A stretch of 59,014 nt of DNA, taken from positions 251,624 through 310,637 of the forward strand of contig JBDKLC010000005.1 of NCBI GenBank assembly GCA_039795775.1. The letters are read 5' to 3'. Position numbers and translations under genes: made by a program. This stretch comes from Candidatus Parcubacteria bacterium (GTDB taxonomy: Bacteria; Patescibacteriota; Minisyncoccia; Phycocordibacterales; CAIZLB01). The notes under the pieces are model-generated. The model made no database searches, was not told the DNA's origin, and saw only the letters and a program-made list of their open reading frames with translations. Numbering within the stretch: position 1 is the stretch's first letter; every line of letters begins with the position of its first letter. This document shows, piece by piece, positions 26,562-34,892 of the stretch.

Positions 26562-27530
26562 CTAAGAGCCGAAGTACTGAAGTGTGGATGACGCCAAGGC
26601 TTCTGTGTCTGCAAATCTACCATCAATTGTTGAGCCAAGTACTACAATAATAACTGGTCTGTTAAGTCCAGCATTCACTACTACCGCTAGATTTCCTCCA
26701 GCAAGGTCTGTGAAGCCAGTTTTACCTCCTATAAGTTGTGGAATTTCTGCAATCGCCTTGTTTGTATTTATTGCTTTGTGCTGTATGCCGCTCACAGATG
26801 TAAATGTTTGTTCTGGAAGGTCTGTTGGTTCGAGAGCTTGTGGATAGTGACGCAAAATATCTGCGACGAGTAATGCAACACCCATTGCTGATCCTGTTGC
26901 GCCCGCAATTGTCTCTTCTGGATTGTCCAAACCTGAAGGGTTTGTGAATTTGAGATCTGCTCCAATTTCTTTTGATTTTTCATTCATAGCTTTAATGAAT
27001 GTGTCGTATGGCATGAGAGATTTAGCAATAGTCATTGCCCCGTCGTTTGATGAAGTTACAAGGGTGAAACTAAGTAAATCAGATAGTTTCCAAATTTCTC
27101 CAAGGACAAGACCTGACTCGCCAAACGTGTCGAGGTCCTCTTGCTCCACTCGTACTTTTTTATCTGGCTGCTCCTGCACAAATGGTGATGCAATAAGCGC
27201 AGTCATGAGCTTTGTAATAGATGCTAGAACTCGTGTAGAGGTAGCATTTTTTTCGTAAAGCACAGTCTGAGTGTTTGGGTCATATACCAAAGCAGCATCT
27301 GCCTCGATGAGCGGTGAGATAAAATGTCTTTCTTCGACTACCTCTGATGGTGGAATAGGAACATTTGCAGCTTGTTTTGAGACAAATTGAAAAAAAAGTG
27401 ATGTTGCCCATAATCCCAAAAAGAACCCACACGCGAGGAATACAAAGATAACAGATGTGTTATGTAGATGAAGTCTATTGAGCAGATTCTTGAGCTTGTT
27501 CTGCTGGTTGTTGTCCATCTGTGGGGGCAT
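26562..27530 (-). CDS. D-alanyl-D-alanine carboxypeptidase (S11, PBP5-like)
   Basis: 322 aa. SITK (SxxK), SSND (SxN) and KTGFT (KTG) motifs. The 5' end overlaps the scpB 3' end by 56 nt. Confidence 0.85.
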   Translation of the reverse strand: MPPQMDNNQQNKLKNLLNRLHLHNTSVIFVFLACGFFLGLWATSLFFQFVSKQAANVPIPPSEVVEERHFISPLIEADAALVYDPNTQTVLYEKNATSTRVLASITKLMTALIASPFVQEQPDKKVRVEQEDLDTFGESGLVLGEIWKLSDLLSFTLVTSSNDGAMTIAKSLMPYDTFIKAMNEKSKEIGADLKFTNPSGLDNPEETIAGATGSAMGVALLVADILRHYPQALEPTDLPEQTFTSVSGIQHKAINTNKAIAEIPQLIGGKTGFTDLAGGNLAVVVNAGLNRPVIIVVLGSTIDGRFADTEALASSTLQYFGS

Positions 27531-28104
27531 GTGAAAGTTCTTGGTTAGTTTCTTTAAATTTTTTGATTTCTTCTTGAACGCTAGCGAAATCGGGAAGGTC
27601 TTCTACTTTCGCAACTCCCAGATGAGAAAGAAGTTCGAATGAAGACGAGTACACCATTGTTCTTTGGTCTCCGGGTGAAGGCTGTTTTTCTATAAGTCCT
27701 CTAATAAGAAGGTTTCGAATGATAAATGTAGAATTTACACCTCGAATATAATCGATTTCACTTCTTTTGAGTGGTCCTTTATACAAAATGATTGCAAGAG
27801 TTTCGAGAGCTGCTTTTCCAAGGTCCTTTGAGAGTTCGTCTTTTGTAATCTGTTCGATGAGGGCTGATGCAGCTGCTGAGGTACCCAACTGTACTTCAAT
27901 ATCATGACCAGTTCCCTTCTGTTGTAAAACGATGCCACGATGTTTGAGACTTTCTTCAAGATCTTTTAATGCGTCAATGATACTCTGTTCATTAAAACCT
28001 AAAAATTTTGACAGTTCTTTGATAGTTGTAGGTTCTCCTTTCCAAAAGAGAATAGCCTCAATTTTTTGTTCTACAGATAGTTGTACTTGTTCGTCAGAAG
28101 GCAT
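27475..28104 (-). CDS. scpB: Segregation and condensation protein B
   Basis: 209 aa. Tandem winged-helix pattern (AILFWKGEP.., IILYKGPLKRSEIDYIRGV). Directly follows scpA. Confidence 0.85.
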   Translation of the reverse strand: MPSDEQVQLSVEQKIEAILFWKGEPTTIKELSKFLGFNEQSIIDALKDLEESLKHRGIVLQQKGTGHDIEVQLGTSAAASALIEQITKDELSKDLGKAALETLAIILYKGPLKRSEIDYIRGVNSTFIIRNLLIRGLIEKQPSPGDQRTMVYSSSFELLSHLGVAKVEDLPDFASVQEEIKKFKETNQELSHAPTDGQQPAEQAQESAQ

Positions 28105-28138
28105 AATAAAGTGATTGAAAATTAATAGTGATACTTAC

Positions 28139-28885
28139 TTAGTACCGAGGGATACCTATATCATGACTTTCCATCTGGATTTCGTCAAAGTTGTTTTCCT
28201 GGTGAACGTTGATAACTCCCTGCTTTACAAGCTCGAGCATAGCAAGGAAACTAACGATCACATGCACTCGTTCGGCCTTGTGCGCCTGACTAAACTCTTT
28301 GAAACTTATTCGTACAGCCCGCTGAATTCTGTCTGTGAGATTGCCTATCATTTCTTCAAGACTAATTGCTTTTTTTACAGTTACCTTTGGGGGTTCAATC
28401 TTTTTAGGAAGTGAGAAAAGCACTCGGTGAATTGCCTCTGTCAGATTGGCTACGCTTGTGTCTTGGCTCGGAGCAAACACTTGAATAGTTTGCTTTATTT
28501 CTCCTCGTGGAAAAATAATACGAGTACCGTAGTTGTCTTTGATAATGCCACCAAGTCGTCTCATGAGTTCGAGTTCTCGGAGTCGCTGTTCAAGGTCATC
28601 GATACTTCCCTGTTCATCATCAGTAAGAGAAATTGTTGGAAGAAGAGACTTTGCCTTGATGAGAAGCAGTGTCGATGCAATAACAATAAACTGAGTACGA
28701 TCACTCATGTTATATGTTGGGAGACTGTTTACGTGCTGAATGTAGTCTTCAGCTACTTGCGAAAGCGAAATATCGTTGATAAAAAGCTTTCTCTTTTCAA
28801 TGAGATTGAGCAAGAGATCAAGCGGGCCTTCAAATGCCGCTGTTTTTACTTTGAATTCGCCCTCTTTTTGAGGAGTGTCAGACAT
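28139..28885 (-). CDS. scpA: Segregation and condensation protein A (kleisin)
   Basis: 248 aa. FEGPLDLLLNLIEKRKL N-terminal kleisin motif. Confidence 0.85.
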   Translation of the reverse strand: MSDTPQKEGEFKVKTAAFEGPLDLLLNLIEKRKLFINDISLSQVAEDYIQHVNSLPTYNMSDRTQFIVIASTLLLIKAKSLLPTISLTDDEQGSIDDLEQRLRELELMRRLGGIIKDNYGTRIIFPRGEIKQTIQVFAPSQDTSVANLTEAIHRVLFSLPKKIEPPKVTVKKAISLEEMIGNLTDRIQRAVRISFKEFSQAHKAERVHVIVSFLAMLELVKQGVINVHQENNFDEIQMESHDIGIPRY

Positions 28886-28904
28886 GGCTTCTATTATGCC
28901 ACAA

Positions 28905-30329
28905 TTAATTAGAAGGTTTGATAGAAATACCCAATTCTCGGAGCTGTTCTGTTGATACAGATGAAGGTGAATCCATCATGAGGTCCTTTCCTTCTCCTGT
29001 CTTCGGGAATGCGATTACTTCTCGGATGTTTGGTTCGTTTTCGAGAATCATCATGAGACGGTCGAAGCCCCAGGCGATACCGCCGTGTGGAGGAGTTCCA
29101 GATCGGAATGCGTGAAGCATGTGACCGAAGTTGGCTTCTACATTTTCTCGCTTGTGACCCATGATTTCGAATACTTTGTGGAGCGCTTCTGCGTTGTGGT
29201 TTCGAACACTTCCTCCACCGATTTCAAAACCGTTGAGTACGATGTCGTATTGAGCAGCAAGAATACCTGTAAGGTCAGCGTCTGTAGGAGTTGCCTTCAT
29301 GAGTGCATCGTGGAACTGCGGCTTTGCAGCTGAGAATGGGTTGTGTGTAAATGTCCAACCACTTCCTGTTGCGTTCTTTTCGAAGAATGGGAAGTCTACC
29401 ACCCAGCAGAATGCGAGGAGATTTGGATCTTCCTTGTTTTCTCGGATGTCAGGTCGGTCATTGCCGTACTTAGACATTGCTTCACTATATGGAATTCGTG
29501 GGAATGGGATCTGCTGAATCTTTTTGTGAGGATAGTTTTTTGTCACAAGTTCAATAAGCATCTTTTCGATGAGATTCATAAGGTCTTCTTCTTGTACGAA
29601 GCTCATTTCGAGGTCCATCTGAGTAAACTCTGGCTGTCTGTCCCCTCGTCCGTCCTCATCTCGCATACATCGAGCTACTTGGAAGTATTTTTCAACACCA
29701 GCTGCCATAAGGAGCTGTTTGTATTGCTGTGGCGACTGTGGAAGCGCATAAAAATGACCGTGTTCGAGTCGTGAAGGAACGATATAGTCTCGAGCACCTT
29801 CAGGTGTAGATTTGGTAAGGAGTGGAGTTTCTACTTCAATAAAGCCTTCACCATCGAGCATATCTCGAACGTGTTTGAGAACTTTGTGTCGGTTTCGAAT
29901 ATTTTTCTGGAGTCGAGTAGATCGAAGGTCGAGGTATCGGTATTTGAGTCGTACTTCTTCGCCCACTTCTCGTGTGTCAGTACTGATATCAAATGCTGGA
30001 GTTTCAGCTTCGTTGAGAACTGTTATAGCAAGAATTTCGAGTTCGATGTCTCCGTTTTGTTTGTCAGCCTGTACGTTTCGTTCAGGTCGAGCATTTACTT
30101 TTCCTTGTACTTCAACAACCCATTCAGTTCGAAGAGTCGAACCAACAGCGTGAGCATCTTTTGCATTTGGCAAAATAACGCCTTGAATCTTTCCTGTCAT
30201 GTCACGAAAATCGAGGAAGATAAGTTTTCCCTGATCTCGTCGGATATCTACCCAACCTTTGATAGTAACTTCTTCACCTTTGTGAGCTGGAAGGTCTTTA
30301 ATGTATGTTCTTGGGGCTGTAGTTGTCAT
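28905..30329 (-). CDS. aspS: Aspartate--tRNA ligase, bacterial-type core but lacking the GAD insertion domain
   Basis: 474 aa. OB anticodon domain, QSPQQYKQLLM, RDEDGRGDRQPEFTQMDLEMSF, FEIGGGSVRNH. The sequence passes from ..YGNDRPDIR.. almost directly to ..FTHNPFSAAKP... Confidence 0.9.
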   Translation of the reverse strand: MTTTAPRTYIKDLPAHKGEEVTIKGWVDIRRDQGKLIFLDFRDMTGKIQGVILPNAKDAHAVGSTLRTEWVVEVQGKVNARPERNVQADKQNGDIELEILAITVLNEAETPAFDISTDTREVGEEVRLKYRYLDLRSTRLQKNIRNRHKVLKHVRDMLDGEGFIEVETPLLTKSTPEGARDYIVPSRLEHGHFYALPQSPQQYKQLLMAAGVEKYFQVARCMRDEDGRGDRQPEFTQMDLEMSFVQEEDLMNLIEKMLIELVTKNYPHKKIQQIPFPRIPYSEAMSKYGNDRPDIRENKEDPNLLAFCWVVDFPFFEKNATGSGWTFTHNPFSAAKPQFHDALMKATPTDADLTGILAAQYDIVLNGFEIGGGSVRNHNAEALHKVFEIMGHKRENVEANFGHMLHAFRSGTPPHGGIAWGFDRLMMILENEPNIREVIAFPKTGEGKDLMMDSPSSVSTEQLRELGISIKPSN

Positions 30330-30444
30330 TGTAATACTCAGTACTAATGTATTTTTCTTGCGAAATTTTTAATGCAGACAGTATAGCATATATGGCCAAA
30401 AATATACATATTTTCAAAAAAACTGTACCTGATATACTTGTGTG

Positions 30445-31011
30445 ATGTCATCAATTCCTTGGAAGGTTTATTATGAAAAAGCTCGAAAGTTCGGTCCCTC
30501 TCCCTTCCTCGAGATGGCCCTCAAGTCTGTAACGAACCGGGAAAAAGCTATTGATATAGGCGCAGGTTCAATGGTTGATACTGATCTCCTCATAGATGCT
30601 GGCTTTAAAGAAGTCGTGGTACTCGATAATAATCCTAATGTGGCTGAACTCGCAAAAGAAGAACGGTATAAATCAGTGATACTAGATGGTAGAAATGTAG
30701 AACAATATGACTATCAGCAAAATACGTTTGATATTGTGTACGCAAGTAAAGTGCTTCATTTTATAAAACAGGAAGAATACGAATCAGTCGTTGCGAGCAT
30801 TTTATCATCGATCAAACCTGGTGGATTGTTTGTTGGAGCATTGGTCGGTGACAAATCAGACATGACAAGAAATATATCAATGACGTTTATGTCATTTGAA
30901 CAGCACAAGCAGTTTTTTATGAGAGATGGTTGGAAAATTCTTACAGCTACAAACAAGGATGATGGTGCCGGTTTACATATTATTGGAATAATTGCCAAAA
31001 AGAATGACTAA
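30445..31011 (+). CDS. Class I SAM-dependent methyltransferase
   Basis: Motif I IDIGAGSMVD. The track start at 30442 is a GTG; ATG at 30445 with TATACT 6 nt upstream. Confidence 0.75.
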   Translation: MSSIPWKVYYEKARKFGPSPFLEMALKSVTNREKAIDIGAGSMVDTDLLIDAGFKEVVVLDNNPNVAELAKEERYKSVILDGRNVEQYDYQQNTFDIVYASKVLHFIKQEEYESVVASILSSIKPGGLFVGALVGDKSDMTRNISMTFMSFEQHKQFFMRDGWKILTATNKDDGAGLHIIGIIAKKND

Positions 31012-31576
31012 CAACACAACTGGATCAACAACACAAAAGCGGTATGTATATCACTGGGTGCCCTCAAACATGACTGGCACTACCCTTTTTCCTTTGAATA
31101 GACTTGTAGAGCTCATGCCTGATGTCGCTGCTATCCATTTCAACAAATATGATGCTCGAGAAAATAGACATGTGTTGCTCAAGCGAAAAATTCCTCTCCT
31201 CGATTGTCTTTGGAATGACGTACTTCACTTCACAGCTGTTCATCCGAAAGTAACAAACGATAATGTAATCGCAGCAGGAGTTGATCCAAAGATAATTAAG
31301 AAAAAGAAGTATTTTGCTATTCCAATTGAAATGCTAGATCCTCAGTTGATTGCTGTTTTAGATTGGCAGAAGTTTACAATGGAAAAAGATGCATCACGGT
31401 ACAGCCATTTTGATGCAACAAAGATGGACTACTACGCTACCGTGCCACAAGCTACCTTAGATTTCTATAAAGAACGTACCTCAAATGGAAAATTTTTTGG
31501 CACATATCACTTTGTGCCACATATTCTCTACAAGGGTTCTGTAGATGTGACAGGTCTTGAAATCATTGAGGTGTAA
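30992..31576 (+). CDS. Conserved-looking hypothetical protein
   Basis: 194-aa ORF overlapping the methyltransferase gene by 20 nt. No motif recognised. Confidence 0.55.
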   Translation: MPKRMTNNTTGSTTQKRYVYHWVPSNMTGTTLFPLNRLVELMPDVAAIHFNKYDARENRHVLLKRKIPLLDCLWNDVLHFTAVHPKVTNDNVIAAGVDPKIIKKKKYFAIPIEMLDPQLIAVLDWQKFTMEKDASRYSHFDATKMDYYATVPQATLDFYKERTSNGKFFGTYHFVPHILYKGSVDVTGLEIIEV

Positions 31577-31607
31577 AATATAAAAAGAAAAAAGAAAGAA
31601 AAAGAGA

Positions 31608-31641
31608 AACCCCGCACCATGCTTTCGCACGGTGCGGGGTT
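31608..31641 (-). terminator. GC-rich hairpin terminator after the ABC gene (also closes the plus-strand pair)
   Basis: ccccgcacc / ggtgcgggg stem. A long A-rich tract on the plus side gives a T-run on the minus strand. Confidence 0.7.
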
Positions 31642-31669
31642 GAACTCATGAACGTCAGTGAGACGCGAA

Positions 31670-33526
31670 CTAGGCTGCGTTGGCTGCCGGATCCACTGGC
31701 CGCAGATGCGACACTTTTTGCATCAACGCTTCCATTTCTCCTTCGAACGCTTTGGCATAGGTGCCACCGGCTTCGACGAGTTGATCGTGAGTGCCGTCAC
31801 CCACGACTTGGCCATCCTCAAAGGCGATGATTCGCTTCGCTAGGCGCAGCGTCGCCATGTTGTGGGAGATGAAGAGTGCCGTCACTGCAGGAGGTAAGTC
31901 TCGCAGCTGAGCAAAGAATTTCGAACGGGATTCCGCATCGAGTTCTTTTTCGGGTTCATCAAAGATGAGCGTATGTCGCCTTGCGAACATTCGGCTTGCT
32001 ATTGCTAGCCGTTTCCATTCGCCTCCGGAGAGATCTACTCCTCCGAGCTCTTCCCCCAACTGTGTGTCGAGGCCGTCACGCATTTTTTCTACCACTTTGT
32101 CTGCGTTGGCATACTGAAGCGCCTCGTGGATCTCTTCGTCTCTGGGCGTTTTCCGGATATCTCCGAGCCCAATAATTTCCCGCAGGGTGAATCGATACGG
32201 GTAGTGACGTTGGAGCAGAACGGCGAGTGACAGTTGCCACTCACTTGGGTCGATCAACTTGAGATCGACACCGTTCAGAAGAATGACGCCTTCGGTCGGA
32301 TCGTGAATGCGGCACAGAAGTGACACAAGGGTTGATTTCCCCGATCCATTTTTTCCAAAGACACCAATCTTATCTCCCGGACGAATTGTGAGGTTGACGT
32401 TGCGGAGCGCAAACTTGCCCTCTTCTTGACTTGGGTATTTGAACGACACGTCCTTGAACTCGATTGTTGGAGGTTCATGCAGCTGGAGTGAAATGGGCTC
32501 TTCTGCGACGATGAGTCGCGGTTTGAGCGCAAAAAACTGCTGCACGTTGTCCAAGTAGCGAGCCATAGTGAACTGATCGTTCAGAATATTGAGGAGCGAG
32601 TTGCTGTAGCTTCGGAGGGAGTTGAGTCCCATGAAGAGTAAGCCCATCGTCCCCACCAGGATTTCTCCTTTGAGCGCTGCTGAAACCACGTAATACATGC
32701 AATACACAAGTCCGATCATCGAGATGATCTCACTGAGTGCGGCCAGGGCGAAGCGACGTTTTTCAATTTTCGTCACATCGTCGATCAGGCCTTTGTTGAA
32801 GGTTGAGATGATGCCAATGAGAAACTTTGCACTGTGGAAGAGCTTCGTTTCAATCAAGGCGGCGGGGTGAAGGAAGCAGCGACTTGCATTGTTCCTCCAC
32901 TTGGCGCGCTCAGCACGCTCCTCTCCTACTTTCCACTGAACTTTGCCGATATAGAGGTCGGCGATGAATTCAGGGATAATAAAAAGAATGAGCATGAGAG
33001 CGAGAGTTACGCTGTAGCTGCACACGATGACCAGCGCGGAAATGATGCCGATAATATGTGTGAGTCCCTCGAACTGATGGAGTGTAATGTCTACAGCGAC
33101 GTTCCAACTATACTGGGATTCTTGAATGCTACGCTCTATTTTTCCAAATTCTGGTGATTCAAGCGTAGCGATGTCGAGTTTGAGCCGTTGAGCCCTTACT
33201 CGATCTTGCATTGCAGTTCGCACACGCCATTGCCAGCATGTCTTGAGGCCGACGACGGCGATGCGGACGGTGGATGCGAGCACGAGGTAGAACCCGTATG
33301 CCCACAGTGTCTTGAGGACGATATCCGAATTGTGCGTTTGCGCACCAAGTTGGATTTTGTCTCCCATGACGGCGGTGAGTTTTGCGGTGACGAACGAAAC
33401 AACTGTTCCGATCATCATCCCAGCTGCAATGAGCCAGGTGAGCACCGGTGCCAGTGGTTGAGTTTCTTTGAAGGCGATAATGCCAACGCCGAAAAAGCGT
33501 CGCAGTGTTGCTCTTAGTTTGTTCAT
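31670..33526 (-). CDS. ABC exporter, fused permease plus ATPase (GC-rich island)
   Basis: 618 aa. Six-TM N-domain, Walker A GKNGSGKST, signature LSGGEWKR, Walker B LIFDEP. Confidence 0.85.
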   Translation of the reverse strand: MNKLRATLRRFFGVGIIAFKETQPLAPVLTWLIAAGMMIGTVVSFVTAKLTAVMGDKIQLGAQTHNSDIVLKTLWAYGFYLVLASTVRIAVVGLKTCWQWRVRTAMQDRVRAQRLKLDIATLESPEFGKIERSIQESQYSWNVAVDITLHQFEGLTHIIGIISALVIVCSYSVTLALMLILFIIPEFIADLYIGKVQWKVGEERAERAKWRNNASRCFLHPAALIETKLFHSAKFLIGIISTFNKGLIDDVTKIEKRRFALAALSEIISMIGLVYCMYYVVSAALKGEILVGTMGLLFMGLNSLRSYSNSLLNILNDQFTMARYLDNVQQFFALKPRLIVAEEPISLQLHEPPTIEFKDVSFKYPSQEEGKFALRNVNLTIRPGDKIGVFGKNGSGKSTLVSLLCRIHDPTEGVILLNGVDLKLIDPSEWQLSLAVLLQRHYPYRFTLREIIGLGDIRKTPRDEEIHEALQYANADKVVEKMRDGLDTQLGEELGGVDLSGGEWKRLAIASRMFARRHTLIFDEPEKELDAESRSKFFAQLRDLPPAVTALFISHNMATLRLAKRIIAFEDGQVVGDGTHDQLVEAGGTYAKAFEGEMEALMQKVSHLRPVDPAANAA

Positions 33527-33647
33527 GAGTTGTTAAGGATCTGTCTTGTTTAGGTTGTCTGTGAGTCGGTAGACCGACGGAATAGTTTGGGTTTGGACAG
33601 AGTTGTCCATTTACTATTATATCACAAAACGCAGTCTTGTCAAGTAT

Positions 33648-33671
33648 AAAAGGGCTTTGTTGAGCCCTTTT
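33648..33671 (-). terminator. Intrinsic terminator after the 33696-34742 gene
   Basis: aaaagggct / agccctttt stem. Confidence 0.6.
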
Positions 33672-33695
33672 ATGGAATTTATATTATTTTGTGGC

Positions 33696-34742
33696 CTACA
33701 CCCTTCGTATCGTTCCCCTCCCTTCTTCGGCCACAACTTCAACCAGTTCGCCAGTTTTGAACACCTTTGTAGCAAGTGCCGTTCCAACAATACAGACCTT
33801 TTTTAGTTCTCTACATGTAATTGCTGCATGGCTCATCATCCCTCCTTCATCTGTGACAATGGCTGCTGCTTTTTTTATTGCTGTAAGATAATCTGGTGTA
33901 GTAGCTTCAGCAATGAGAATTTCTCCTTCCTGTACGGTGTGTAGTTCAGATTTGTATTTGATGATTCGAGCTTTGCCTGTTACACGACCTTTTGACGCAA
34001 TGACGCCGTTGAGATAATCGACATCTTGCGGAACCTCTTCTTGCTCTAGAATCAGATTGTGTTCAGCAATAATACTTTCGAGCTTCCCCGCTGGATACAC
34101 TTCTTCATTGAAAAGAACATATCCATGTTTTCTTAATTCTATTTCTTCTTGCAGTTGAGCTGAATACTCTTCATTGTCTAGGTGAAGGAGTTCTTCTGGC
34201 GTAATAAGATGAGCAACATGTGCATACTGAGACATGTGCGTAGAAATATATTCAATGAATAATGCATCAATATCTTCAGTATACTTTTCATGTTCTACTC
34301 GCCAAGACTGATACTCTCGTTGTATGTCTTCAGAGATATGCGATGCATCAAGTGTAAATGATAATGCGGACCACCATTTCCAATATGTCTCATAGAGGTT
34401 GTACGCTTCCACAGGTGTCGTGATAACTTTTTCTTTTCGTACATAGGTCATAAGGTGTTGCCAACATGTGTCGAATTGTATTTTGACGCTCGCGTTAAAG
34501 CTTGGATCATTCTTCACTTTTTCTTGTACCGCGGTAGACACTTTCTTGAGTTCGTCTGCCGAATACCATGTTGTTATTTTTTGTGTTGTGCCCTCGCCTG
34601 TTACCAAGATAGTCACATCAATACCGAATTGTTGTTTTAATTCACATCTATCGCCTTTTGATAATACAAGTGCATAGATAAGAGACCGTTCTCGAGAGCC
34701 CATATTTTGGAGGTGTGTAGCTTGTGTGATTTTTTGATTCAT
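33696..34742 (-). CDS. PEP-utilising-enzyme mobile (swivel His) domain protein lacking an ATP-grasp domain
   Basis: 348 aa. C-terminal TDEGGMMSHAAITCRELKKVCIVG. The upstream helical region parallels the middle of the neighbouring 651-aa paralogue. Confidence 0.7.
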   Translation of the reverse strand: MNQKITQATHLQNMGSRERSLIYALVLSKGDRCELKQQFGIDVTILVTGEGTTQKITTWYSADELKKVSTAVQEKVKNDPSFNASVKIQFDTCWQHLMTYVRKEKVITTPVEAYNLYETYWKWWSALSFTLDASHISEDIQREYQSWRVEHEKYTEDIDALFIEYISTHMSQYAHVAHLITPEELLHLDNEEYSAQLQEEIELRKHGYVLFNEEVYPAGKLESIIAEHNLILEQEEVPQDVDYLNGVIASKGRVTGKARIIKYKSELHTVQEGEILIAEATTPDYLTAIKKAAAIVTDEGGMMSHAAITCRELKKVCIVGTALATKVFKTGELVEVVAEEGRGTIRRV

Positions 34743-34892
34743 GTGTTTGTATAGTTGTGTAAATAAACAAAAGTAAATAACCCTTGTAAAAAGAGTTGCA
34801 GAGTAAAAGCCGTGGAGTGTTGGTCGGCTTTAGTTGTTTATTTTCCTGGATACATATGCGCTATGTGTAAGAGAGTAACACATTTAAGACAC

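Noticed and set aside
27475-27530. 56-nt overlap between the scpB 3' end and the carboxypeptidase 5' end as a possible recoding or frameshift site.
   Set aside because: Both proteins are complete with normal termini. The overlap most likely reflects an over-extended start call or ordinary operon overlap. No slippery sequence was noted.
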